From assembly GCA_021815445.1 (NCBI GenBank), contig JAKAGM010000002.1, forward strand, positions 307,720 through 371,719: a stretch of DNA of 64,000 bases, written 5' to 3'. Position 1 is the first letter of the stretch; each line of letters opens with the position of its first letter. The position numbers and the translations under genes were made by a program. This stretch comes from a bacterium. Its GTDB lineage: Bacteria; Patescibacteriota; Patescibacteriia; UBA10025. The notes beneath the pieces are model-generated. The model saw only the letters and a program-made list of their open reading frames with translations, was not told where the DNA came from and did no database searches. Of this stretch, positions 27,575 to 37,325 are shown one piece after another.

Positions 27575-28348
27575 ATGTTGTTCAGAGTAGCATTACCAAA
27601 AAAGTTGAAACCCTGGCTGGGAAATCTCATCGGTATCGGCTTGGTCGTTCTCATCGGAACAGTCATCGTGGTAGCGGTCATTATCTCGGAGGGCACCTAT
27701 CGGTTTGACCCGCAGTTTCGGAAAGTTCTGCTTCCGGTGGCCGTGACGGTGATCCTGGCTATGATGGTGTTCACATTTGGTTTCCCCAGCATGTATCGGG
27801 AGGGTGTATTTGACTATCATGGATCATCCAAATGGATCAAGCGATTACTGAAATGGTTGCCTCATGTCGTCCTGCGCGTGGTCTTTCTGGGTGTGGCCGC
27901 GGGATTCCTATGCCCATTCATCAGAACATCGCCTGAGGCGCGCTGGTTAAGCCACGAGAGGCTGGTGATGTACCCGCAGGGCCACCCGGAGCTGGCGCAA
28001 GAGGTTTGCGGACCTGTTTGGTTCAATCCATTTCAAACCGTTTTTGAAGGGTATCCCGACAGGATGCCGGTAGATGTAGACGGCATTACGGTTATCTGCG
28101 CAGACGGAAGGTCTGCTGCTCTGCAAACTCCTGTTCTACAATTGAACAGGGATTATGGCAGTGCCGCCAGTTACTATCGGGAGATTCGCGGTGACGTTCT
28201 CGCTGTCGCCGGAAAAATCAAGGCCAGCCGGCCGGGGATCTCACCGGAAGAACTGATTGTCCAGCTGGAGGAGCAGCTCCCTGTTTTTATACCGAATATG
28301 CGATTCAGAGTTGATCTGAAGTCGTCGTGTGGCGGCAACACAGCTTGA
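27575..28348 (+). CDS. Orphan membrane protein (3 N-terminal TM)
   Basis: SD GGAGGAGG; own TTGACA promoter at 27477; terminator-like hairpin at ~28378-28404. Confidence 0.65.
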   Translation: MLFRVALPKKLKPWLGNLIGIGLVVLIGTVIVVAVIISEGTYRFDPQFRKVLLPVAVTVILAMMVFTFGFPSMYREGVFDYHGSSKWIKRLLKWLPHVVLRVVFLGVAAGFLCPFIRTSPEARWLSHERLVMYPQGHPELAQEVCGPVWFNPFQTVFEGYPDRMPVDVDGITVICADGRSAALQTPVLQLNRDYGSAASYYREIRGDVLAVAGKIKASRPGISPEELIVQLEEQLPVFIPNMRFRVDLKSSCGGNTA

Positions 28349-28477
28349 TCGTTCTATTCTTGAATCTTTGTTCACCCCATCCGTCCTTGGGCGGGTGTTT
28401 TTTTAACTTGACGAATATTCTCAAAGCGGTAAGATAATTGCAACGACAAAAACAAACTCGCTTATGGAGGGAGGCAG

Positions 28478-28828
28478 ATGATGTGTCTACGGCATATTCG
28501 TCTGCGGTACATTCTTGGCGTGTGGATACTGGCATGTCTCGTGATAAGCTTCGATCTCAATGTCGCGTGCCATCAACATCCGCAGGAGATTTCGCACCTG
28601 ATTCCGATATCACTCATCACCCCCGCGGTCTACAGGACCTGGGAGTGGCGGAGTTCCAGGCCGAGTCTGTTCGAAGCAGTTGAGCTGCAACAGTATCCGC
28701 TGGTCCCAATTTGCCCGCCAGACGCCCTGTCAGTCTGGATGGTCCCCACCCTTTCGAGCGAAAAGGGCGGGATTTTTTATACTGATGCGCTCTTGACATG
28801 TATTTTGCCTTATGATAACGTGCTCTGA
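28478..28828 (+). CDS. Small orphan ORF (possibly degenerate)
   Basis: SD GGAGGGAGG and promoter TTGACG/TAAGAT, but the frame runs through a terminator-like hairpin (28743-28778) and the next promoter. Confidence 0.4.
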   Translation: MMCLRHIRLRYILGVWILACLVISFDLNVACHQHPQEISHLIPISLITPAVYRTWEWRSSRPSLFEAVELQQYPLVPICPPDALSVWMVPTLSSEKGGIFYTDALLTCILPYDNVL

Positions 28829-29027
28829 AATTGCCGTTCTTTGACCTATCATTTTGAATAAGTAGTCTTGAGGCGCTTTCCTTGAAAATTCCTAGCTGTC
28901 TCATTGTGAGACTGTCGCAGAACCGACCTACTTTACCAGGAGGAGAGGTAGGCTCAATATTTGCGCGATGAAGCAGGACGATAGGGGAAAGCATGGTCAT
29001 CAACACCGAACCCCCGAAGGAGGTCCG

Positions 29028-29558
29028 ATGAAGAAGCGTGTACTTGCATTCTTTGCCATGATCACCGTGATGTTCTTCGTGTTCATCACGATGCCAGTCA
29101 CGACTACGGCTTACACCGACAAGCCTGTCCCGACGGTCGCTCACTCAACGTCACCGCCGGCCACGTCCTCCATTCTGTCCCCGGACATCAATTGCCCGCT
29201 GGTTTCCATATCGATCTCGACGTTCTCGGCCATCGACCGTGCCGGCCCGCCGACAGTCTGTTCAACGTATTACTCTTATGCACTCGAGTCGGCCACCAAC
29301 TACAACGTATGCCATCGATACTCTGAGGAGACCCTGACGACCACTGACACGAGCGTCCACTGGTTCGCCAACATCGGTTATACCAAGCAATCGGACCCGG
29401 TGTCGGCCTCATCGAGTGTGACTTCGGTCATCTGGCGCCCCGGCAACGACATGCGGGACAGGCCTGCGGCCATCGCATTTGCGGTGGCCCGTGGTACACT
29501 CGATTATATTGAGTCCCAGATCGCGACCAGCGTCCCGGTCCCGAACAAGACCTCCTGA
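29028..29558 (+). CDS. Orphan secreted protein, distant paralog-like of 26498-27286
   Basis: SD AGGAGG before ATG 29028; signal peptide; GPPTVC and WFANIGY motifs. Confidence 0.65.
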   Translation: MKKRVLAFFAMITVMFFVFITMPVTTTAYTDKPVPTVAHSTSPPATSSILSPDINCPLVSISISTFSAIDRAGPPTVCSTYYSYALESATNYNVCHRYSEETLTTTDTSVHWFANIGYTKQSDPVSASSSVTSVIWRPGNDMRDRPAAIAFAVARGTLDYIESQIATSVPVPNKTS

Positions 29559-29651
29559 TCCGGCAACACCGTGAAATCATCTTGAGCGCGCGGACAAACG
29601 TCCGATAAGCAAGGCGAGGATCGGACAAACTCGTCGCCTCAATGATGATCC

Positions 29652-29688
29652 CCCCGACTGTGCATTCTTGCAGTCGGGGTATTTTTTT
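29652..29688 (+). terminator. Intrinsic terminator
   Basis: CCCCGACTG...CAGTCGGGG + T7. Confidence 0.7.
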
Positions 29689-29752
29689 ACCAATCATTAT
29701 AACCGACCCGGTTAGCGGGGTGTGTACATTTTGCTCTCCTCCGGAGGGGCTT

Positions 29753-29800
29753 CACTTTTCTTTGCTCGTCCAAAGAAAAGTGGAGAGAAAAGAAAGGACG
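29753..29800. repeat. Interspersed palindromic repeat (ACTTTTCTTTG..CAAAGAAAAGT type)
   Basis: CACTTTTCTTTG-CTCGTC-CAAAGAAAAGTG inverted repeat followed by AAAAGAAAGGAC. Confidence 0.55.
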
Positions 29801-29991
29801 TCGCGGCGCAAACTCGGCCGTGTGGTTTATCTCTATGTTTATCGCCGGCCTCAGGCAGTGCGCCGCGCGAAGGGAAAAAGTTTCTCTGGCATTCTTTGCA
29901 AACCAGCCGTTTTCAAAGGGGCAAGACGAAAACCGCCAGCGTAAGCTTGAGGTTCACTTCCAAAGATACGAGATTGAATATTGCATGTATC

Positions 29992-32199
29992 TTACGCGGC
30001 GACTTTTTCCAGTTTATGCGGATTGTGGTTGGGACAGGTTTTGTCGCTGCACCGCTCGGGGATGGTCTTGGTGCCCTCCATCATCAGTGCGCCGCAGATT
30101 CTACCGCCTTCGCGGACATGCTCGCAGAGGCGGCCCGTCGGTTTCGCTTTAATAGCGTTCTTGCATTTAGGATAGTTCGAACAGCTGTAAAAAATACCGA
30201 ATCGCCCCCGTCGCTCAATCATCTCGCCGGTCTTGCATACGGGGCAGGTAACGCCAGAAGAGTTGGTATTATTTTCACTTCGTTTGATATATTTGCATTT
30301 CGGGTAGTTGCTGCAGGAAATGAAGAGACCGAAACGCCCCTCGCGCTCCACGAGCTTGCCGTCGGCGCAGTCGGGGCATTTTTCTCCAGTCTCTTTCGGT
30401 CCCGCAAGCTCCTTACCGTCGATGGTCCGGGCGCCATTACAGGCCGGGAAACGCGAACAGCTCAAGAATTTTCCCGTCCGGCCGAGCTTGATAATCATCG
30501 GAGATCCGCAGACAGGGCAGACAATGTGCTTTTCAGCGTCGCCGAGGTTGGTAATCTTCGCTATGCTTTCCTTTGCCTTCACGTCCTGGGTAAAAGGCCC
30601 GTAGAAGTCCTTAAGTGTTTGCACGTATTTCCGCTTTCCGTTGGCGATCTCATCAAGCTCGTTTTCCATTTCGGCGGTAAATGAATCGCTGATATATTTC
30701 GCGAAGTTCTGCTCGAGGAACCCGCTGACCACCTCACCGGTGTCGCTGGGGATAAGCGCTCGCCCTTCTTTGCGCACGTAGCCCCGCGTGACTATCGTAT
30801 TAATTATAGAAGCATACGTCGAAGGGCGCCCGATGCCCCGCTTCTCGAGCTCTTTGACCAGGCCCGCCTCGGTGTACCGCGGAGGAGGTTGCGTCTGCTT
30901 CTCGAGCGAATAAATCTTTTCGAGCGTCAGCGGATCGTTTTCTTTCACTTTGGGCAGGTCAACTTCATTATTCCGGGCAGAAGGGTCGGCCAGGAGCCAT
31001 CCGGGAGAAAGAATATGTGTGCCGATGACGGCAAAGTTCGGGATTTCCGCACCCTGTATATTTGCGATAATCTTGGTCTTTAAGAGTTTGGCGTCCACCA
31101 TCTGTGAAGCCAGCGTACGCTGTCTGATGAGTTCATAGAGCTTCTTTTGGTCATCGGTGCTGCCGGCAGTCTTTTGAGCCGCATCGGTAGGCCGGATCGC
31201 CTCATGAGCTTCCTGAGCGTTCTTGCTCGTAGTTTTATAGATGCGCTCCTTGAGCAGGTCGGGGCCAAAGTCGCGGGCAATAACTTCCTTCATGTGCGCA
31301 AGGGCTTCAAGACTGAGGTTGGTGCTGTCTGTCCGCATGTAGGTGATGTGTCCCGCTTCATAGAGCCGCTGTGCTGTCCGCATTGTCCGCGAGGGCGCGA
31401 AGCCGTACCGCGAACTTGCCGTCTGCTGCAGCGTCGAAGTGGTAAACGGCGGGCGGGGAGTGCGGAGCTGCTCTGTCGCTTTGACCTCCACCACTCGCCA
31501 AGGATGCTGTTTTCCGGCCTTCAGGATCTTTTCCACTGTGGCTATGTCCTGCGGCTCTTCAGAGCAGGTGAGGGCAATCTTGTCGCCCTGGGCTGTCTGT
31601 ACCTCCGCAGTCAGCACCCAAAAAGTTTTGGCGACAAAAGCGCGTATCTCGCGTTCTTTTTCCACAAGGATTCGCAGCGCCGGGGATTGCACCCGCCCGG
31701 CAGAGAGGCCGTAGCGTACCTTTTTCCAAATGAGACCGCTGAGATCGTAGCCAACCAGCCTGTCGAGCACGCGGCGGGCTTCCTGAGCGGCGCGGAGGCT
31801 TTGGTCGATTTCGCGTGGATGCTGGATGGCCTCGTCGATTGCAGATTTTGTAATTTCGTGAAACACGACCCGTTTTATCTTTTTCTGGTCGCCGTCAATG
31901 AGCTCGGCAATGTGCCATGCAATCGCTTCGCCTTCGCGGTCGGGATCGGTGGCCAGCAATATTTCGTCAGCTTTTTCTGCGAGTTTCCGCAATTCATTGA
32001 CTATGTCCTCCTTGTCATGCGGTACCTCGTAGTAGGGGACAAATCCCGCTTTGATATCAATGGCCTTTTTATTGCTCTTTGGGAGATCACGAACATGCCC
32101 TACGCTCGCTTTGACGGTGTACGGGGATTTTGAGCCCAAGAACTTTGTAATGGTTTTTGCCTTTGTCGGCGATTCGACGATGACCAGGCTTTTCTTCAT
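29992..32199 (-). CDS. topA: DNA topoisomerase I
   Basis: LVIVESPTKAKTI, ATDPDREGEAI, SAGRVQS, ITYMRTDS, GIGRPSTY, C-terminal Zn ribbons. Confidence 0.97.
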   Translation of the reverse strand: MKKSLVIVESPTKAKTITKFLGSKSPYTVKASVGHVRDLPKSNKKAIDIKAGFVPYYEVPHDKEDIVNELRKLAEKADEILLATDPDREGEAIAWHIAELIDGDQKKIKRVVFHEITKSAIDEAIQHPREIDQSLRAAQEARRVLDRLVGYDLSGLIWKKVRYGLSAGRVQSPALRILVEKEREIRAFVAKTFWVLTAEVQTAQGDKIALTCSEEPQDIATVEKILKAGKQHPWRVVEVKATEQLRTPRPPFTTSTLQQTASSRYGFAPSRTMRTAQRLYEAGHITYMRTDSTNLSLEALAHMKEVIARDFGPDLLKERIYKTTSKNAQEAHEAIRPTDAAQKTAGSTDDQKKLYELIRQRTLASQMVDAKLLKTKIIANIQGAEIPNFAVIGTHILSPGWLLADPSARNNEVDLPKVKENDPLTLEKIYSLEKQTQPPPRYTEAGLVKELEKRGIGRPSTYASIINTIVTRGYVRKEGRALIPSDTGEVVSGFLEQNFAKYISDSFTAEMENELDEIANGKRKYVQTLKDFYGPFTQDVKAKESIAKITNLGDAEKHIVCPVCGSPMIIKLGRTGKFLSCSRFPACNGARTIDGKELAGPKETGEKCPDCADGKLVEREGRFGLFISCSNYPKCKYIKRSENNTNSSGVTCPVCKTGEMIERRGRFGIFYSCSNYPKCKNAIKAKPTGRLCEHVREGGRICGALMMEGTKTIPERCSDKTCPNHNPHKLEKVAA

Positions 32200-32203
32200 A
32201 GTA

Positions 32204-33364
32204 TTATGATAGTCGGACGTAGTGCATGCCTCCGATGTCTCTCACGAAGCCCTGCACCTCAAGCGTCATGAGGGTGGAATTAACTACACTGGTTTGCAGT
32301 TTACTCACTTTTACCAATTCGTCAATGTGGCGCGGCTCTCTCGTAATCAGGTTGAGAATAACGGACTCTTCATCAGAGAGCGACGGATGTGATTGATTGT
32401 CGATGATATGAGAAATGTTGTCAACTTGGGCCGGCGGTTTGTAACTGCCGAGATTCAACGCTTCAACAACATCGTCAGCCGAGGTTACCGGTCTCGCGCC
32501 CATTTTGATGAGTTGGTTCGCCCCTTCTGACGCGGCTCGGAATATGTCGCCGGGCACGGCAAATACTTCACGATTGTATTCGAGTGCGGCTTTAGCCGTG
32601 ATCAGGGAGCCCGAATCCATCCCTCCTTCTATGACGAGCGTTCCGAGCGACAGACCCGCGATGATGCGGTTTCGAATGGGAAAGTGGTGCTTTTGGGCGT
32701 ACATTCCCAAAGGAAACTCCGACAAGAGCGTTCCGCCTGATTTCACAATTGCTTCAGAAAGCCCATAGTTTGTCCGCGGGTATATCTGGTCGAGCCCCGA
32801 GCCGAGCACGGCGACGGTAGTTCCCCGTTGATCCAGTGTCGTCTGGTGCGCAATGCTGTCGATACCTAGGGCGAGCCCGGAAACGATTGCAAATCCCCGT
32901 GAAACAAGTTCGGCAGTCAGGCGACGTGCCACTTCAACTCCGTAGTGTGAGGCCTTTCGCGTGCCAACTACCGCTAATGAAGGACGCCCGACGGGCAGTG
33001 TGCCGCGCATGTACAGAAGCGCGGGCGCGTCGGGGATCTCTTTTAAAAGCGGCGGATAGTCCTGGTCGCCCGGAATCAGCGCGGTGTACCCGGCTTTTCG
33101 TATGCGTTCGAGCTCAGTGTGCGGATCGATGTGTTGGCGTTGAATAATAATCGCCTGAACTGTCTTCGGCATGAGGCCGGCCAAGATAAATTCCTGTTCC
33201 TGGGCACTCCATGCCTTTCCCAAGGCGCCAAAGTGTCCTTTCAGGCGTCCGATTTGCCGCGGTCCGAGAGTAGGAATTCGGGAAAACGCAACCCAATACG
33301 CAAGGTCATCAGTTGACCTTGCGAGATTATCAGAGTAGGGTGGTGTATGAGTTGGTTTTGACAT
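32204..33364 (-). CDS. dprA: DNA processing protein DprA
   Basis: AVVGTR, VSGLALGID, FPIRNRIIAGLS, GSLITA, C-terminal wHTH; start codon approximate. Confidence 0.95.
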   Translation of the reverse strand: MSKPTHTPPYSDNLARSTDDLAYWVAFSRIPTLGPRQIGRLKGHFGALGKAWSAQEQEFILAGLMPKTVQAIIIQRQHIDPHTELERIRKAGYTALIPGDQDYPPLLKEIPDAPALLYMRGTLPVGRPSLAVVGTRKASHYGVEVARRLTAELVSRGFAIVSGLALGIDSIAHQTTLDQRGTTVAVLGSGLDQIYPRTNYGLSEAIVKSGGTLLSEFPLGMYAQKHHFPIRNRIIAGLSLGTLVIEGGMDSGSLITAKAALEYNREVFAVPGDIFRAASEGANQLIKMGARPVTSADDVVEALNLGSYKPPAQVDNISHIIDNQSHPSLSDEESVILNLITREPRHIDELVKVSKLQTSVVNSTLMTLEVQGFVRDIGGMHYVRLS

Positions 33365-33392
33365 TGTGTTCTTTATCAAGGAGGTCAACGCC

Positions 33393-33650
33393 TTGGTTCA
33401 TTGGCTTACTAAACGGGAGCTTGTTGAGCAGATATTTGCGTTGGCACAGTGCAGCGAGGAAACAAAATCCCTCACCCGTTCAGGCATAGGCCTGCTCGGG
33501 GCAGAACAGCTGTATGCCCGCTATCTTCATTGCCAGCGAGGCGCTCACATCGGTTTGCGAGATGAGTTTCTCAGCTGGTTAGCACAGGAAGTCCGCTCTG
33601 CCCAAGCGCTGCAGGCTCAAGCCAGATGCCGCAAAAAAGCTCGACAATAG
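33393..33650 (+). CDS. Small orphan ORF between dprA and mfd
   Basis: AAGGAGG at 33378-33384 before an in-frame TTG; fills the intergenic gap on the opposite strand. Confidence 0.4.
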   Translation: MVHWLTKRELVEQIFALAQCSEETKSLTRSGIGLLGAEQLYARYLHCQRGAHIGLRDEFLSWLAQEVRSAQALQAQARCRKKARQ

Positions 33651-33677
33651 TTGTCTCTATGGCTGCACACTGCGAAT

Positions 33678-36600
33678 CTAGTATTCTTTCGCAGTTTTTT
33701 CTTTTTGCTCTTCCGGGGAATCCTGATTGTCTATCTGCCAGATTTTCATTACATGCTTCAGCTCATCAAGCCAATCCTCGCCGAGATATTCGAGGTCGAT
33801 CTTAACCTGATTTTGAGTGAACTGCCAGTGGGCATTTCGCGCCAAAAGTTCACCGAGCTTTTTGGGATCGAGATGATGGGCAAAGCTCACCAGTATCCGT
33901 CGACGCTTGTTTCCCGCATCTCCGAGGAGCGTCACCGTATCGATAGTTGTTGCGTCTGTTTTTTGGGCGAGCAATTTTATCTCGAGGACGTCAAAGAGAT
34001 TTTGGAGCGGTACGGGTGGCTTTTGGCGGTACGTAACACGTTTCTTGAATGCATGGAGCTCTTCAGGTTTGCTGATATTGGCGAGCTTCTGATAGACGAT
34101 AAGCCGTTCGCTTTCCGCAGGGATATAGGACTTTGGAATGCCGATCTCTACCGGCAGATCTATTGTAACATCGCGGACGGTTTCGACTTTGCCCGTTTTC
34201 AGCTCCTGGACGGCCTGTGCGAGCAGTCTGGTGTACATAGCCAGGCCTATGGCAGATACCTTCCCGTGCTGTTCTTTCCCGAGGATATTACCTGTGCCGC
34301 GGATCTCGAGGTCGCGCAAGGCGAGCTGGAATCCGCTCCCGAGTTCTTTTGCCTCCAGGAGGGCTTGGAGCCTTTGTTTGGCCGTCCCGGTCAATTTCTT
34401 CCTGTCGTAGAGAAAGTACGCGTACGCCTGGCGGAATCCTCTGCCTATCCTGCCCCTGAGCTGGTAGAGCTGGGCCAGCCCAAACTTCGTCGCCTGTTCG
34501 ACTATCAGGGTATTCACGTTGGGCAGGTCGAGGCCGTTCTCGATGATCGTCGAACAGACGAGAATATTCGTCTTGGCGGTATCAAAGTCGCGCATGGCCT
34601 GCGCCAGATGTTTCTCCGAAAGTTTGCCGTGCGCTATTCCGATTTTTGCTTCAGGGACGAGTTTTGAGAGCTCTTGTGCGGCGAATTCGATGGTTTCGAC
34701 ATTGTTGTATAGGTAATACACCTGTCCCTTGCGGGAAAGCTCGGCACGTATCGCTTTGACGACCAGATTCGTGTCCTGGCGCTCAATGACCGTCTCAATG
34801 GGGAGTCGCCCTTCCGGAGGCGTTTCAATGATGCTGACATCGCGGATCCCGGAGAGCGCTATGTTCAGCGTCCTCGGAATGGGCGTGGCTGTCAGGGTGA
34901 GGACGGGCGCTTCGGTGCGGAGCGTCTTGAGTTTTTCCTTATGCTGGACTCCGAAACGCTGCTCCTCGTCTATGATGATAAGCCCGAGATTTTTAAACCT
35001 GATATCAGGCGACAGAAGTCTGTGGGTGCCTATAACGATATCGACATCGCCGGTGGCCAGTCCTTGAATAGTCTTTTGTTCTTCACTGTCGCTGGCAAAA
35101 CGCGAGAGGATGGCAATTTTAACGGGGAACTGCTTGAGCCGCTCAGAAAAAGTGTCATAGTGCTGCTGGGTCAGGATTGTGGTAGGCGAGAGCAAAGCCA
35201 CCTGGCGCTTGTTCATGACGGCTTTAAACGCTGCGCGAATCGCGACTTCAGTCTTCCCGAAACCCACATCTCCGCAGATGAGCCTGTCCATCGGCCGTTC
35301 CTTAGAGAGGTCGCTGTCAACGTCCGCGATTGCGCGGAGCTGGTCGGGAGTCTCCTCAAAGGCGAAAGATTGCTCCAGGCTGAATTCCTCCTTGGTCTTT
35401 TGGCTGAACGGTTTGGCATTGCTCGCATTTCTCCTCGCGTAGAGTTTTAAAAGGTCGTGGGCGAGTAGCTTGGCTTCCTCCTTGATTTTCCTGGTAATCT
35501 GGTACCATTGGCCGCCCGAGAGTCTGTGGAGCTTCGGATGCGCCAGTCCGATGTATTTATTAATTTTCTCGGCAGTCTCAATCGGCACATAGAGTTTGTC
35601 TCCTTCGGCGTATTCGAGCACAAAATATTCTTTTGCAATGCCCTCCACGACGTTTCTCGTCATGCCCTTAAACCGTGCAACGCCGTGATCAATATGGACG
35701 ACATAATCGCCCGGGCGGATCTCAGTAATGAAGGCCGTTTCAACTCTTTTGGACATGGCGTAATCAGTATCTGTGTATCCGAATATTTCCACATCAGATA
35801 GCAGCAGCAGCTTGTCTTTTTCGTTAATAAACCCGTTGAAAGAAGCGGGCGGCTCATCAAGCCAGATGATGTCCGGGGAAAGTTTTTTTGCCCTTAGAAG
35901 GCGTTCGAGATCGGCGCGTTTTTTCGTGGCAATGGCAATCCTCATTCCTTCACCGAGAAACTTTTTCATGTCGTCAGTAAAAGTATTGAGACGGTTGTGA
36001 TACAGCGGCGCGCGCCTGTAATGAAGTTGGATGCTCCGCTGCGGGGTTCGGAACGTTTCCAAGACGATACGCTTGAATTGCTTCAACGGTTCGTCTATTT
36101 TTTCCCAATCCGCCACGCGCTCCGCGAGATCGTCAGGTGACTCAAGAATGACAAGAGGCGAGCCGGCTCTCGAGAGGTATGCCCAGAGATTAGCCCTGTG
36201 GCTCGCATGCAGCTTCACCGGGATAAGTCGGATGCTGGTGAGCAGTTCCTTCCTTTTTTTCGTTATCTGGTCAAAAGGCGTTATCGAGATGATCTTCTGG
36301 TCATCACACTCGATGCGCAGGGGCATTTGCCCGCCCTGGGGAAAAATATCGACTATTCCGCCTCGCCGCGCAAACGAGCCGGGCTGGTCGGCCGTGCTGT
36401 TCCAGCTGTAGCCCCGCTTCGCGCATTCCTGGGCGATATCCGACGGGGATATCTTTTGACCTGATTCAAATCGGAGAAGGGATGCGGCAAGCTCGTCAGG
36501 GTGGGGAAGCGGAAGGAGGGTGTACTCGGCGGCAGAAACAAAAATAAACGGCTTGCCATCCTCAAAAACTATCAGCTGGTCGGGAGTCAGGTCTTCCGAC

Positions 36601-36860
36601 CCCTGGATGACTGTTGCTTTCGGATTCCAGTATTTCAGGAGGTTCGCGATGAGCTCTTCCTCTTTATCGTTTGCCGTAAGCCAAAAAAGACTGCCTGTTT
36701 TTTCCGGGAGCGGTAGAGATGAAATAAGAAATGTCTGCGCTGAACGGCTTTGGGCTCCGCTGACAAAAATTTCCTGCTCTTTCTCAAGGTGGCGAAGGAG
36801 ACGGGAAATTGCGGAAGGAACCCCAAATCCGTCGAGCGGATGGGAACCGGTTTTTTCCAC
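33678..36860 (-). CDS. mfd: Transcription-repair coupling factor
   Basis: GDYVVHIDHG (CarD/RID), CGDVGFGKTEVA, IDEEQRFG, QLRGRIGR, TRCF C-terminus. Confidence 0.96.
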   Translation of the reverse strand: MEKTGSHPLDGFGVPSAISRLLRHLEKEQEIFVSGAQSRSAQTFLISSLPLPEKTGSLFWLTANDKEEELIANLLKYWNPKATVIQGSEDLTPDQLIVFEDGKPFIFVSAAEYTLLPLPHPDELAASLLRFESGQKISPSDIAQECAKRGYSWNSTADQPGSFARRGGIVDIFPQGGQMPLRIECDDQKIISITPFDQITKKRKELLTSIRLIPVKLHASHRANLWAYLSRAGSPLVILESPDDLAERVADWEKIDEPLKQFKRIVLETFRTPQRSIQLHYRRAPLYHNRLNTFTDDMKKFLGEGMRIAIATKKRADLERLLRAKKLSPDIIWLDEPPASFNGFINEKDKLLLLSDVEIFGYTDTDYAMSKRVETAFITEIRPGDYVVHIDHGVARFKGMTRNVVEGIAKEYFVLEYAEGDKLYVPIETAEKINKYIGLAHPKLHRLSGGQWYQITRKIKEEAKLLAHDLLKLYARRNASNAKPFSQKTKEEFSLEQSFAFEETPDQLRAIADVDSDLSKERPMDRLICGDVGFGKTEVAIRAAFKAVMNKRQVALLSPTTILTQQHYDTFSERLKQFPVKIAILSRFASDSEEQKTIQGLATGDVDIVIGTHRLLSPDIRFKNLGLIIIDEEQRFGVQHKEKLKTLRTEAPVLTLTATPIPRTLNIALSGIRDVSIIETPPEGRLPIETVIERQDTNLVVKAIRAELSRKGQVYYLYNNVETIEFAAQELSKLVPEAKIGIAHGKLSEKHLAQAMRDFDTAKTNILVCSTIIENGLDLPNVNTLIVEQATKFGLAQLYQLRGRIGRGFRQAYAYFLYDRKKLTGTAKQRLQALLEAKELGSGFQLALRDLEIRGTGNILGKEQHGKVSAIGLAMYTRLLAQAVQELKTGKVETVRDVTIDLPVEIGIPKSYIPAESERLIVYQKLANISKPEELHAFKKRVTYRQKPPVPLQNLFDVLEIKLLAQKTDATTIDTVTLLGDAGNKRRRILVSFAHHLDPKKLGELLARNAHWQFTQNQVKIDLEYLGEDWLDELKHVMKIWQIDNQDSPEEQKEKTAKEY

Positions 36861-37325
36861 AGAGGGAAGCTTTAACGGTATTTTAATTATCTATGCATCA
36901 TATTAGCGCACCTGGGAGCTTTTGGCAAGCCCCTATTGTGTTGTGTAGTAAAGTTCCTAAAACCCGCCGTTGCCACGTTTGATGTGCGCTGCGCTTCGAG
37001 GCTTTTGCTACGAATTTTCACGCACAGGGTCTTGACAGATTTTTTTCCCTATGATAACGTTGCGTATCCCAGAAAATTGACAATCCATATCTCTTCAGGA
37101 CGCTGCTCGCAAGTCGAGCGAATACAGACAACCCCTCCTACGTCTGTGAGTAGCTCTTAAAGTTAAGGTGCTGCAGGTTTTCCTGCAATGCCTTATACTT
37201 GTGAGTGGCGTCGTGGATGGATCGGAGGTCAAAAGGCGGTTGGATAGTAGAATACTAGTGTTCAGCCGTCTTTTCAATACAAATAAACAACGTTCTGGTT
37301 GATAACTCAATAGGGAGGGAGGCAC

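Noticed and set aside
29722-35450. Long plus-strand ORFs (320, 328, 338 aa) opposite topA and mfd
   Set aside because: Antisense shadows of well-conserved genes
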